Shown: positions 13,745 to 26,624 of the stretch, in pieces | How the letters are laid out: every line of letters starts with the position of its first letter | Numbering within the stretch: the stretch's first letter is position 1 | Program-made: the position numbers and the translations under genes | Notes under the pieces: model-generated | Told to the model about the DNA's origin: nothing | Seen by the model: only the letters and a program-made list of their open reading frames with translations | Databases searched by the model: none | Source: Lama glama | Taxonomy: Eukaryota | Direction: 5' to 3' | NCBI GenBank assembly: GCA_028534125.1 | Contig: CM052817.1 | Coordinates: 33,730,001-33,794,000, forward strand | DNA length: 64,000 nt

Positions 13745-14600
13745 CCAGTGCTGTCCTCTCTCCTGGGTTCCAGATGCACATAGCCAATTACTGACTCCAT
13801 AACTCCTCCTGGAGGACACACAGGACCCTCAGTTCATGAGGTCACCAAATGAGCCTGGAGACCTGCTCCTCCTCCAGTGTCCATGTACCAACTGCTCAAG
13901 CCCCAGACCTGGAAGTCACTTTGACTCCTTCCTCTGGCTCTGCACTGTCCATGTTCTGCTTCCTCATGAATCCTCCCCCAACTCCAACTCCACGACCACC
14001 ACCAAGGTCAAGCTCGCATCACTTCTCACCTGGACAGCTGCCACAGCCTCTTGACTGGCCTAGCCTTGTCCATTCTGCCTTCCTTCTAATCCACGCTCCA
14101 CACAGCAGCCAGACAAATTATAGTTTAAAACTCCCATAAGCCCAATTATGTCACTCCATAGCTTGCTGCCAACCAGTGGCTTCGTGTTGCCCTTAGGGAG
14201 AAGTCCAGTCAATAACGAGGACTAACAGGCCCTGAGTGCTCTGGCCTCTGCCCACATCTCTTTGCACCACTCTCCCCTTCACTCTGGCCCAGCTTTGATG
14301 GTCTTGGCCATGAGCTAAGTTCTTTTCCATCTCAGATCTTGGCACGGGCAGTTCTCCCTGCCTGGAATGCTCTCTCCTGGGATCCCTACCTCTTCACTTA
14401 GTGAATGGCCATGCATTATGTGAGATCTCAGATTCATACCAGATTACCTTTGGCCCCCGTAGCTCACTGTACTTGTCCTTTGACTCCTTCATCTGCTTTC
14501 TAATTACCTGCTAAACTGTAAGTTCATTGAAGGCCGCCCCCCTCTGTCTTGTTCCTTTCTGTATTCCCCAGGCCTGGCACAGAACTTGGCACATATTCAT
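13745..14600 (+). mobile_element. LINE-2 fragment
   Basis: CCACACAGCAGCCAGA, CTGCCTGGAATGCTCT, ACTGTAAGTTCATTGAAGG, CCTGGCACAG. Confidence 0.8.
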
Positions 14601-14873
14601 TCGATGACACGATCTTTCATTCATTTACTCATTAACTCAAAAATATTTGTTGATCTCCCTGTCCTCATTTACAGTTCAGTGGTGGGGAAGGACTTGGTAA
14701 ACTAAGTACCCAAATAGTCACTTCATAAGAGTTCTGATCAGGGCTGCAAGTAGAAGAAGGGGATTAAGAACTTACATTAAAGTGGGATCCGGCCTTATCT
14801 TGGAGGGATGAGGAGGAGGGAAAGTGAGCTGTCTATCAAGGACATAAATAGGAATGTTTTTGCCATCGCAGAA

Positions 14874-14962
14874 TTTTTTTTTTTTTAATGGAGGCCCAGG
14901 GGATTGAACCTAGGACCTCGTGCATGCCAAGCATGGGCTCTACCACTGAGCTATACTCCCCA
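14874..14962 (-). mobile_element. tRNA-Ala-derived SINE (Vic-1-like)
   Basis: Minus strand GGGAGTATAGCTCAGTGGTAGAGCCCATGCTTGGCATGCACGAGGTCCTAGGTTCAATCCC + poly(A); Pol III A and B boxes present. Confidence 0.9.
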
Positions 14963-16289
14963 CTCCAGCCATCTCAACTTTAACCTTCCCCCGCACCACA
15001 GCCCCTAGCCTTACAATGGACCAACAATTATAAACCCAGTGTGAGACAGTTCAATTCAATTGAAATCTTTTCTAAACCCATTGGTTACCATAGTGCTGTC
15101 TTCTTAGAGCCTCCGATTTCATAAAAAATAATCTAGGAATTTGCTGCTAATTCCTCTGCCTCTCCCTCCACCATTTTCCTGTGCAGTTTTCTACCCTCAG
15201 ACTCTCTCTGCCATCTTAGGGTGGTTCTGTGCTTGTTGGAACCTGGGTGGAACAAGGCTCCATACACCAAGCTATACATGCCCCCCCATCCACCACCCCC
15301 TGGGCTCCTGAACTGGGTCACCATGGAGAAGGGAGATTGTGGTGATCCTTTTGAGCTTGCAGCCTGTGACAGCCCCAGGACAAAGAGCCAGAGGGGCTCT
15401 GAGAGGGTAAGGGAGCGGGCAGTCTTAGGGTACTTGCCTTAAAGCTCTCTTTACACCAATAAAAATAGTAGTTTCTAAAATTGCTTTTATTCAAGTTTAT
15501 ATAAAATTGATATACATAATGAAAGAATAAGAACACTGAGGATGGCTTGAGGCCAGCTCTGATGACGATTAAGGGGTGGTTAGCAACCTACTAATTCTCC
15601 TCCACACCAGCCATTCTTTGAATCAGTTGTTGCTTACAACCTGCTAATATCCTCGAGATGCGATGAGCCTTTGCTGGCAGCCAGGCGCTGCTCTGTCTTA
15701 GAAAGTCAGCCCAGGAACAATGATAAAGTTCCTGGCTGGAATTTGGCGATCAGAGACTTCATTTTATGGGTCTTCATCTTTGGACAGCCCGATTTCTTGA
15801 GCGCAAACCTCCACCTCCCTTACCCACAAGGTAAGAATTTCACGGGGGAATCTTTGGGCAGAAGGCTGGGGGGAGCCCACCCCACCCAGACCCAGCCAGG
15901 TCCAGGCTTCTTACCTGAGTGGATACGTAATCCCCATGTACGGACACCCTTTGGAGAATTCTTTACTTCCTGTCCAGAGCAACAAGCTGGCCACAAGGGG
16001 GAAGCATCACACAGAGAGAGCGCTCTGGCTGGACCTGCTCTTTGTTCTGACTTTCTATTGTCATCCAGGAAAGGGAGGCAGGTGAGGCCCACTACAGGCG
16101 GCTGCTGTTCAGCTGTGACCAGGTCTGCCTGCGGTCTGATCATGGCCATGTAGCTCATGGACACTCTATGAATAGTAATTAACATTCATAAATATGCAGG
16201 ATCTAATTTATTAATGAAATTAAGCAAATCACTGAAAAAGATGAGGATAGGTGGCAAATTTGTAGATTCAGAAGATTCATCATTAGTTG

Positions 16290-16470
16290 AAAACTTGGAA
16301 TCAGAAGATCTGGTTCCAGTGCTGGCCCTGAAGTGAACTCACTGGGACGTCTTTTAGCCTCATGGTCCCCAAAGTCTCTTTTTTATGGTCCCCAAAGTCT
16401 CTGTCTCATTACAAGGCTGGTGTGAGGACGAAGCAAGAGAATATGGGCGAAAGCACTTAGGAAAATGGCA
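16290..16470 (+). mobile_element. MIR SINE
   Basis: GGAATCAGAAGATCTGGTTCCAGTGCTGG...GGTGTGAGGA...GAAAGCACTTAG. Confidence 0.6.
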
Positions 16471-16569
16471 AAGCAGGACCGGAAGTTTACTAGCACTACG
16501 ATTTAGGTGAGTGAAGAAACTGCAGCTCATTATTTATACTGTTGTGATCTTTCCAAGGTGGGTAGTGCT

Positions 16570-16595
16570 TGTGTGTGTGTGTGTGTGTGTGTGTG
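16570..16595. repeat. (TG)13 microsatellite
   Basis: Read directly. Confidence 0.95.
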
Positions 16596-16667
16596 ACTCA
16601 ATTTAGTTTAAATCTAACTTAGTTTAAATAGCTCAATTTAATCATTTAGACCATTTCTTTGGACCAT

Positions 16668-16765
16668 GGTGCCAATTGTCCTGGTTCACCAGGACTTTCC
16701 TAGTTTTAAAACTCAAAGTCCAGTGCCTGGGAATCCCCCTCAGTCCCAGGAAAACCAGGACTCAG
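16668..16765. mobile_element. hAT-Blackjack MITE (MER81/MER94-like)
   Basis: TGTCCTGGTT..CCAGGACT..GAATCCCCCTCAGTCCCAGGAAAACCAGGAC with inverted ends. Confidence 0.7.
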
Positions 16766-17317
16766 CTCAACACAAGTCTCTTTGGGACCAATGATCAGGC
16801 TTCCCAACCCCCTTCCTCCTCTCTTCTTTAAGAGGGCACTGGTGGTTCGCCTGACTCAGCAGTGAAGAGGAGCCCAGGTCTTTGGGTCCCTGTGGAATCC
16901 TCTGGATCCTGTCTACCTGTCTTGAGGGTAGCAGACCGGGGCAGCTTCGGAGACAGCTTGGACTCCCACCCTCTCTGGCTCTTGTTTGGGGCCTTTGATC
17001 TCAAAGTCTCTATCTACTCCATCTAGCTTTGCCCTCAGGCCAGGTCCCCAGCCCTTATGCCCCTGAAGGATGCCTCTCTAGGCTGGGGCACCTCTGGTCA
17101 CCTGCTCACTATGCGGGGGACTGGGAGAACCAAAAGTCCTGCCTTAGGCTCATTTGATTACCCTCCACTACCACAATGTCCATCCCTGCTCTTGTCATTT
17201 AGAAGTGACAGCATCAGGTGTGGGCTTTTCCCAGAGACTTGAAACCTCCCCCCAGGATGTCACGGGAAGTGTGCGCTAGCCCAGATGTATTCAGTCTTCC
17301 TCGTTCGTATCACTGCC

Positions 17318-17862
17318 TGGGATAGGCAGAACTCTAAGATGACCCCATGGTGATTCCTGTCCCACGGTGAACTCACACCTGCTCCTAGTACTCAGTAAAA
17401 CACTAATCCAGGGGCTGCTGTGAAGGGATTTTGCAGATCAGTTGACCTCAAGAGAGAGAGATGACCCAGGTGGGCCGGATCTACTTATATGAGCCCTTTT
17501 GTGGAGGTTGGAGACAGAGCAGTCAGAGATTGAAAGCATGAGGCACACGACAAGGACCTGAGGGCAGCCTGCATTGCTGAGACAACCCCGGGTGACAGCT
17601 AGCAGGACAGCAGGACCCTCATCCTCCAACTGCAGAGAAAGGAATTCCAACAGCTAGAACAAGCTTTGAAGCAGATCTTACCTGATCCTCCAGGTAGAAA
17701 CAGAGCCAGCTGGTCCCTTGACTTCTGCTTCACGAGACCTTGAACTGAGGATCAGCTAGAACATGCTGGGCTCCTGACCCATGGAAACTAAGATAATGAA
17801 TCTGTGTTGTTTTAAGCCACTAAGTTTGTGGCAGTTTGTTACACAGCGTAGAACATCAGTAT
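17318..17862 (+). mobile_element. MaLR LTR (MLT1D/E-like)
   Basis: Starts TAGGCAGAACTCTAAGATGACCCC; ends TGTGTTGTTTTAAGCCACTAAGTTTGTGGCAGTTTGTTACACAGC. Confidence 0.85.
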
Positions 17863-18809
17863 GATGCCCTTCCTTAGGGAAAGGACCCCAAGATGGGGAA
17901 GGAAGTACTGTTTTACCTTCCTTCCTTCTCAACCCTTTCCTCCCTTTTTTCTCCCTGTCATTCTCCCAGTTGGAAGGGGCAGGCTTTCCCTCCCCTAGAA
18001 CAACCAGCCCTGTGGTCTTGCTGCCACGTGAGAAGGATTCTTCTCTACAGTTCCAAGGAAATCTATGATCCAAGACCTCTAGACAGGAATCGACTCCTGC
18101 TCTGGATGTTCTAGAATGATTTGGAACTGAAGACAGCCAATGGTTAATATGGTGGTTTACTAGTCCCCAAATATTTTCCCATTATATGCTCGCTACAAAG
18201 ATGTAAATATTTATACGTGACTGGTAAATGCAGAAAAGCTGGTGTTGTTTCTGAACAATGAGCAAAATAATTTTTACTGCTTACCACTAGGGGCACTCAG
18301 CAATGTTTTAGGGTCTATTAGAAGTCACAGAATCAAAGTAGTGCTTTATACTGGAGGGTTGATTTTACTCATAGAATAAAAGAAGCTAAGAGCTTTTGAT
18401 ATGTCATTTAAAGCATATTTGTCATATTTAAAAGAAATAGTTATCGGTTTTGGAGAAGAATGGAATATATGCATGAAATTTCAAGACAAAAACAGGTGAT
18501 TTCAAAGTACTCATAGGCTTGTCTTAGGCTCTGATGTGGGACTCCAGGACCACGTGACCCTTCTCTTCTACCATTGGCAACCCACTGGGAGATATTTTTA
18601 GAAGTCCATTGCCCATCCATATGGAGGAAAGGAAAGGGGAGGGAGAAAGGAGGAGGAGCTGCCACCTAGGAATTTATGGGAAGACTGAAGAATTGGTTGC
18701 AGTGAGATCGGTTCACTGCCATGGTTAAAGTCACAGAATCATAAAATATTCAAACCGAGAGCTTTAATTATGAGCTAGTTTTTGGGTACATAAATGATAC
18801 TATGCTTTC

Positions 18810-18869
18810 TTTTGGTCCTTTTTTGGTACATTTTTGGGGTACATTTTTGAGGTACATTTGGTACATTTT
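18810..18869. repeat. Short minisatellite, unit GGTACATTT(TTG) of 9-13 bp
   Basis: Four GGTACATTT copies at 18825, 18838, 18851 and 18860, plus degenerate copies upstream. Confidence 0.85.
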
Positions 18870-19814
18870 CAAATATTCAACCAGAGGCGCCTTTCCCTCA
18901 GGGAGGGTCAGGATTTTATGGTTGGAATACACAGAGAAATAAGGAGTCAAAGTTGAGGATTTGGTGGCCAAAATAGACTCTTGATGCTCGTTGCAGCAGT
19001 AGCATTTGGGAAAGCCACACATTGAATTACAAGAGCCAGGCCCTTGAGAGAAAAAATAATGTATTTTTCCAAATTCCAAAAGCTTGTCTTTAAATATTCA
19101 GTACCAGAGCTTGGAGGACTGAACATAATTCTTTTTTCCCTCTAAACTAAAGAGTTAGAAGAATGTAGGCTATGACAAATTCAATTTCCTGCCATACAGG
19201 AAGGCAATTTCAAACTTTCTGAACTAGCAGGAGGAGTTTAGCGGGAAAGGAGAGAAGAGAGTTAGACAAAGTAAAGGACCCTGGGAGAAGGTGGGCAAGG
19301 GACACTCTGTAGGCAGGTTTAGGGGTGAGAAGACAGAGGAAGTTTCTACCCCATATCCTGTGGGAAGGGAGCTTGGCAAATTGCCTATACGATGAAAGGT
19401 TAAATTAAATCCTTAAATTCTGTGAGATCTTCCAGGTCTGAAATTCTATGATTCTAAATCTTCTTATGCAGATTGGGTGGATATTTTAAAAATCCAGATT
19501 ATTAGCTTTGCTGGGATCTTCTGAGTTTCTTCTAATTGTAAACTATCTGTCGTATTGAGGTTATAGGAACTACAGAGGGGTGTGAGGTAGGGATCAAGAT
19601 TTCTCTGCTCATGAATTCCTTTTCTATCCTGAATTGAGGTGTGGATCGTCAGCTCTGAGGACCACTGTGGGAACTCTGAGTCTCAGAAGCATTTGGATTT
19701 TCTTCTTTGTACTTAGAGAGTAATTCTAGGAAGCATAACTGTGATCAGTGGGGGAAAAAAATCCCAGTGAGGAGATCCACAGGAACTTTTGATCAACTCT
19801 TAATTTTATACTTC

Positions 19815-20278
19815 GTTTTTTAAAAAGAGCTGGGATACAGGTTATGTACCCTACATATTCACCATTTAAAGTGTACAATTCCATGGTTGCTGCTATAGTC
19901 ACAGATATGTGCAGCCATCACCACGGTCAATTTTAAAACGTTTTCATCACCCCAAAATGAAGCACCATATGCCTCAGCTATCATCCCCCTTCCTCCCCAG
20001 AACCTTCCTCCTTCAGTTGATTTACAATATTGTGTTATTTTCACCTGTCCAGCAAAGTCATTCAGTTATACATATATAGAAAGATAGATACATGTTTCCC
20101 AATTCTTTTCCATTATAAGTTATTACAAGATGTTGAATACAGTTCCCTGTGCAATATAGTAAATCCTTGTTGCTTATCAGTTTTATATATAGTGTTGTAT
20201 AATCCATCCTATTGATATGCCATATCTTTTCTATCCATTTGTCAGATGATGGGCATTTGTATTGTTTCCAATTCTTCA
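19815..20278 (-). mobile_element. L1 composite: old L1MB-like 3' end, younger L1 3'UTR piece (about 20013-20200), ORF2-end fragment
   Basis: TTCACCATTTAAAGTGTACAATT; AGTTCCCTGTGCAATATAGTAAATCCTTGTTG; ORF NWKQYKCPSSDKWIEKIWHI. Confidence 0.8.
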
Positions 20279-21897
20279 TTTTATGTGTCCTGTAGTGCCT
20301 GGGATTCTACCACTAGGCACCAAACAATGAGACCCATTTCTCTTTCCTGAAGACATAGGTGGCTTAGGAAAACCTGGTATGTATGGGACTCAGACAAATC
20401 AAGTTCCATATTGTCAAGTGATGTGTCAAGATGTTGCTCAGGACAGAACTTCAAGGATGTCGAGGGTCTCATGTTCCCTCAGAGGTGATCAGGATCAGGA
20501 AACTCGACTTACATTTACCAAATTTACTAGAAACACTAACCAAAACCACTTAATAAGTCAGGAAGATATTTTATGAATTTGCAATATCTCCAGACAGACC
20601 TGGAATCAGGAGTTGGCTGGTTAATACATGCTCTGCCTGTAGGAAAGTCTACATGAGAAGTCAGATGACTACCAGAAGGTTGCTTTGTGAGTATCGCTGC
20701 AGGTCCAGAGGACTGGCTAACTCTAAGGAATTGACATGTAAGCTGTAATAACTGAACACACTTTGATGTGTCTGATAGGCATTCTTTTGTTCAGGACACT
20801 CTACTTCTCAGTAGTGCTGGATTAACACTGACCAACTCTTGCTGTTTTCACCATTTCCTTCCCATTCCAACTTGACCCCTGGCTTTCTTTGTACACTGAG
20901 ATTTTATTATGTAATCACTTAGAACAGTAATAGCCAAACTTTTTTTTATTGTGCACCCCTGTGATTAAAACTTTTTGGGTGCTAACCACACATATATTTA
21001 TTTATTTGTTTATAAATTATATTGCATGTACTACTATCAATTTGTATATTAAAATGAATGTTTATTTATTTCTCTAAATTAAAATGAATCTAAATGGAAA
21101 TGTTATTATTTTTTTTCCTATGCCCTAGATTGTCTTGTCTTCTCCATTTAAACAACACGGTTTTAGAATTTTGTGTTTTTGGGTTAAATCCATCCCAGAC
21201 CTAAAGTTACACTTTAGTCATCTGATTTTTCACTTGGATTGACTCTTATTTGTACCAACCTTACAAATCCATCTTTTAAAGCAGGTTATTTAGATGAGAT
21301 CAGAAAGGCTACTTTATCTGTTTTATATTAATTCCATTACTTTCTATTTTAGGTAAGGTGACATTTTCTATTCATTTCCTGAAAATCCAAGGGGCAGCCT
21401 ATTGTAGCCATCTAGTCACAGACTAAAATCTTACAGGGGAGCTAATGTTCTGCTCTTAGGCTTCTCTTCCCAGAAGAGAAATGGTGGCAGATGAGTTTCT
21501 GGGGGTGGCACTCCTAGCAGGAATGTGAGTTAATGGCACCAAGGTGGTGAAATTTGGGTTAGTAATAGAACTTGGAAGTTAGCAAGAATCATTGAGAGGG
21601 AAAGCTCTCAGAAGCAGACAGCACTCTGCCTGCCTAACTATGCTCCCTAATGTATTGATTGAACTGAAGAGATGCTCAGAGGAACTGAAGTGAAGTGGAT
21701 CCCCAGAGCAGAGAACATGATGGTTCCAGAAAATTTGGTGGTCATAATTGAGAGACACCAGTAAATTTGGATTTAGGAACCCTGGAGAGAACACTTCGGA
21801 CTCAAAATAAAGGATGGGTTGGGTTCCAGATGAAAAGGAACCTGCTTCCTGAGAGACCAAGCTTGCTAAAAGATAAAATTCTATCCTTGGACTATAT

Positions 21898-22079
21898 CAG
21901 CAATTTTTAATGATGGTTGCAAATCTGAATCATCAGAGGAGCAGTTAAAATTCCTGACGCCTTAGTCACACCCTCCAGAGATTCCGACTTCATTTGTCTG
22001 GGCTGAGGCTTGGCTAATGGGATTTTTTTACTTTTTTAAACTACAGATGATTCTAATATGCCAAGGTTGGGAACCACTG
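21898..22079. mobile_element. MER5-type hAT-Charlie MITE
   Basis: GAATCATCAGAGGAG...CAGAGATTCCGAC...GATGATTCTAATATGCCAAGGTTGGGAACCACTG. Confidence 0.75.
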
Positions 22080-23011
22080 GACTAGAGGGTAGAAGAAAAG
22101 AGTTACTTAAGAAGTAACAGGAGGAAACTTGGAGGGAAGAAGAGGGACCCGGAACAGCCTAAGCAATCCTAGAAGTGTGAACCACAGAACATTTCATGAC
22201 CTCATGGAAGAGCTTTCCATGACACTGTGAAGAGGGTATTTGGAAAGAGAAGGCAGTGGGGGAAAGGCTGGGATTTCTATGGCACCTCAAGAAGGTGGCC
22301 ATGGAACTTTCTACTTGGGGGCTACCGTTGGTCTTGGTTACAACAGTAGCTGGGACCCAGTACTGCTTTAAGAGTATAGTGCAGGACGCAGAGAAGAGAC
22401 TTCATCAATGGCATCTTCATTTGGATTCTTTTCCTTCTCAGTCTTCTCTGGCCTCACTGCACAGGGATACTCCAGCCTAACATCTTATGTCCCTTCCATT
22501 CCACCATTTTCCAGGCATAGGAAGGAAGGCAAGAGAATGGCTTCTCCTGATCTAGAAAGACCTGGGAGCATCTGGTGTATGATCTTCAGTAGGCATGGGA
22601 GTGAGTATTTAGCAGCTGCATTTCCCAAAGTGAATTCCTTGTATGTTGCTTCCTCAAGACGTTCTCCTCTGTATCCACGCAAGCTTGGGAAATGCAGGGA
22701 GCTTCAGTACCCTCGTTGAGATTCACACTGCCCCTCAGGAGAGAAAACGCTCTGAGATCTCCCGCAGAAAGAGACCTGTTTGTTTTTCTTTAACCCTCGT
22801 GTTCCAACTCATCTGGCCGTGGAATTGTTTTTTTCTGTTCAGCACATTAACATCTTGCCTCTTTCTCATGACACACTTTTGGGAAACTGCCCCAGAAACT
22901 ACAATCAGTGGCTTCATTCACAAAGGACAAAGAAGGCAGCTGCATCCTGTACACACGAAACAGGGCAAGAACCCCAGTTGGGCCCTGGCCTCTCGCTGAA
23001 ACCGTGCCCTT

Positions 23012-23054
23012 TTCCACCCCCTCCGCCGCCCTCCTTCCCGTTGCCATGGCAACG
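23012..23054. promoter_or_regulatory. RFX X-box (perfect palindrome) with adjacent GC/CACCC boxes
   Basis: CGTTGCCATGGCAACG at 23039-23054; CCACCCCCTCCGCCGCCCTCC immediately 5'. Confidence 0.65.
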
Positions 23055-23641
23055 CCTCTAGAGAGTTAGGACCAGGCCCTCTATTTCTTTCCTACACCCC
23101 TCGTCCCTACTCCTCTTTGTGTCTAGAAGAGCGCTGAACACGCAGTAGGTGATGTTTTGAAACATTGATTGATTGAGAGTTTGAGGGGGTTCATTTGAAC
23201 CGTCTGCAGGTGGGCTGGGGAGAAGGAGACAGCATCCCATGGTTTGCTTCTCTGTATCTGGGAGAAGAGCAGGCGAGAGGGTGGGAGAGTGCAGGTCTGG
23301 AAGCTCACACAGCCTTGGCATTGCCTGGGTCTTGTGTTTTGTTTTGTTTTTAAAGTTTGATCACAAATATTTCACAAATTGAGGATGGCGAAGGGCACAT
23401 CCAGAAAAGAAAACATTTTTATTTCTTGGTATGTTTGGTTCAGGGGTGAATTTTTCTGTCAATAAAATTTCTGGTCATGTTGCTTGCTAGGATGTTGTTT
23501 TTATAATAAATAATTTTCTTTTAAGTTTGGGAAGAAAAGCGTGTCCTACTTTCTCCTCTGTCTCTAACTGGTGACCATGTTTTCAAAGACCCAAACCAGG
23601 ACACAGCCTGATACATGGCCTCATAGGATATTTGACATACA

Positions 23642-23643
<2 letters not shown>

Positions 23644-23678
<35 letters not shown>
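23644..23678. repeat. (GT)17 microsatellite
   Basis: Read directly. Confidence 0.95.
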
Positions 23679-23679
<1 letters not shown>

Positions 23680-23680
<1 letters not shown>

Positions 23681-23895
23681 TAGATTTATTTTTTTATGGA
23701 GGTAACATTGGTTTATAACACTATGTATGTTTCATGTATAAAGCGTTATATCTCTACTTCTATATACTTATACTCTACAGTGTGCTCACCACCAGAAATT
23801 TAGTTTCCAGTTGTCACCTAGTGACCCCCTTTACCCATTTGGTCCTCCTCCCCGTCCCCCACCCCTTTCCCTCTGGTAACCTCTACTCCAATCTG
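23680..23895 (-). mobile_element. L1 3' end fragment (L1MA9-like)
   Basis: T-rich tail, TTGGTTTATAACACT..., CCCCTTTCCCTCTGGTAACC. Confidence 0.75.
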
Positions 23896-24484
23896 GGGTA
23901 GTGTATTTGAAATGAGGATGCCAGCCTGAGAAAATCAAGTGTCCTAGCTGTCATGCCTGGATGCCTCATGAGCGGCACCGTTTCTGGACTACAAAGACAG
24001 TGAAGCCAATTTTGGTATCCACTGATGAAACCTGGTACTACCCATATATCTTCTAAATTGATTCCACATTTAAAAATTTATTTATTGCTGCAAAGTCGAG
24101 AGCAGCCTTCCCAGAGAGGGGGAAAAGACAGAAATTCTATTCAGTGTATAAGTGCATGAAAGACCTGGTTATCTCCAGTCTGCTCTGCTTCCCCAGCCCG
24201 GGCTCAGGCACGCTATGAATGAAGGGTCTGTGGGCATCTGCTTGATGCAAACCCAGTGCCTGGGAAATCCTCACACTGCAGGTTCTGTCTCCCGGTCGGC
24301 TGAGAAGGCTTCCCAGGGTCTGAAAGTGCCAATTCTTAAGGCGTGAGCTCTGGTGGAAGATTATAATTTAAATCAGCCAGTTCTCATTTTCTTAAGTGTG
24401 AAAAAAGGCGGGAGATTAAAAGTGTATGCTGTGTGCATGTGATGGGCTAGCATTTGTGGAGTATATGCTATGTGCTGAGAATTT

Positions 24485-24662
24485 TATCTATATACCTATA
24501 AGATAAGATATCTATATCTAATAAATAGATACCAATTTACACATCTCTATCTGTAGGTCTCTATATATTTTATATATAGAGACATACAGCTATATATGTT
24601 TATTTCAGATACATATCTGTCTATACATCACTATATATCTGCATATGTATCAATATACCTAT
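24485..24662. repeat. Degenerate TA/TATC-rich low-complexity tract inside a MIR
   Basis: Read directly. Confidence 0.75.
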
Positions 24663-24698
24663 ATTTCTCATTTTATTTTATGTTTACAACTTTGTTTT

Positions 24699-25172
24699 TT
24701 TAAAAAACATTTTATTTTTTATTTTTTGATTGTGGGAGGTAATTAGGTTTATTTTATTTTTTATTTTCAAACAACTTTATTATGGTATAAATTCTGTACA
24801 GTAAACTACACATATTTCAGATGTACAATTTGATGAATTTTGATAGTTGTATACATCTGTGAAACCACTGCCACAATCAAGATACCTAACATTTTCATCT
24901 CTCCCCAAGAGGTGCAGATTTTGGACTCCCCATTTATCCCTTCCCACCCCCTTTACTCACTGGTATCCGTAAGTCTGTTCTCTATGTCTGTGAGTCTATT
25001 TCTGGTTTGTAAATAAGTTCATTTGTGTCTTTTTTTTTAGATTCCACATATAAGTGATATCATATGATATTTCTCTTTCTGGCTTACTTCACTTAGAATG
25101 ATGATCTCCAGGTCCATCCATGTTGCTGCAAATGACATTGTTTTATTCTTTTTTATGGCTGAGTAATATTCC

Positions 25173-25213
<41 letters not shown>

Positions 25214-26624
25214 ACACCACATCTTCTTTATCCAGTCATCTATTGATGGACACTTAGTCTGTTTCCATGTTTTGGCTATTGTAAATAGTGCTTCTGTGAA
25301 CATTGGGGTGTATGTGCTTTTTTGAATTACATTTTCCTTCAGGCATATATGCCCAGGAGTGGGATTGCTGGGTCACATGGTAAGTTTATTTTTAGTTTTT
25401 TAGGGAACCTCCATACTGTCCTCCATAGTAGCTGCATCAGTTTACATTCCCACCAACAGTACACCAGGGTTCCTTTTTTTCCACACCCTCTCCAGCATTT
25501 ATTGTTTGTGGACTTTTTAATCATGGCCATTCTGACTGGTGTGAGGTGATATCTCATTGAAGTTTTGATTTACATTTCTCTGACAGTTAGCAATGTTGAG
25601 CATCTTTTCATGTGCTTGTTGGCCATCTGGATATCTTCTTTAGAGAGATGTCTATTTAGGTCTTCTGCCCATTTTTTGATTGGAAATTAGTCCCTTATTG
25701 GTCACATCATTTGTAAATATTTTCTCCCATTCTATAGGTTGCCTTTCATTTTGTTGATAGTATCCTGTGCAAAAGCTTTTAAGTTTAATTAGGTCCCATT
25801 TGTTTATTTTTGCTTTTATTTCCATTACTCTTAAGAGCTGGTTTGAGAAAAATATTGTTAATTTATGTTAAAGAGTGTTCTGCCTATGTTTTTCTCTAGG
25901 AGTTTTATACTATGTGGTTTTACTTTTAGATCTTTAATACATTTCAAGTTTATTTTTGTGTATGATGTTAGAGGATGTTCTAATTTCAGTCTTTTCCAGG
26001 TAGCTGTCCAGTTTTCCCAGCACCACTTATTGAAGAGACTGTCCTTTCTCCACATTATATATTCTTGCCTCCTTTGTCATAGATTAATTGGCCATAAGTG
26101 CATGGGTTTATTTCTGGACTTTCTATCCTGTTCCATTGATCTATGTATCTGTTTTTGTGCCAGTACCATACTGTTTTGATTACTGTAGCTTTGTAGTATA
26201 GTCTGAAGTCAGGGAGCATGATACTCCCCCAGCTCCATTCTTCTTTTTCAAAATTGTTTTGGCTATTCAGGGTCTTTTGTGTTTCCATACGAATTTCAAC
26301 ATTTTTTTTTTTGGTTTCAACTCTGTGAAAAATGTCATTAGCAATTTGATAGGGACTGCACTGACTCTGTATGTTGCCTTGGGCAGTATGGCCATTTTAA
26401 TTATATTGATTCTTCTAATCTAAGAATACGGTATATCTTTCCATCTATTTATGTCATCTTGAGTTTCTTTCATCAGTGTCTTATGGTTTTTGGTGTACAG
26501 ATCCTTTGCCTCCATGGGTTTGTTTGTTTGTTTGTTTGTTTATTTAATGAAGGTCTGGGGATTGAACCCAGAACCTCATGCATACTAAGCCTGTGCCCTA
26601 CCACTGAGCTATACCCTCTCCTCC
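24699..26624 (-). mobile_element. Vic-1-like SINE split by an L1 insertion (tail about 24699-24755, head about 26521-26624)
   Basis: Tail GGGAGGTAATTAGGTTTATTT and tRNA-Ala head on either side of the L1; outer TSD TTACAACTTTGTTTT 24684-24698 / TTATAATTTTGTTTT 26625-26639. Confidence 0.7.
24755..26520 (-). mobile_element. LINE-1, 5'-truncated (ORF2 C-terminal part + partial 3'UTR fused to an older L1 3' end)
   Basis: ORFs [91 protein letters not shown] are L1 ORF2. Confidence 0.95.

Noticed and set aside
15671..16185. Longest ORF (160 aa, +) and overlapping 121-aa ORF (-), with GTAAG donors on both strands
   Set aside because: The 160-aa ORF has a non-ATG start; neither has a recognisable domain or a convincing paired acceptor; lengths are compatible with chance
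18284..18296. CTCF-like CCACTAGGGGCAC
   Set aside because: One G short of the core CCACTAGGGGGCAC spacing
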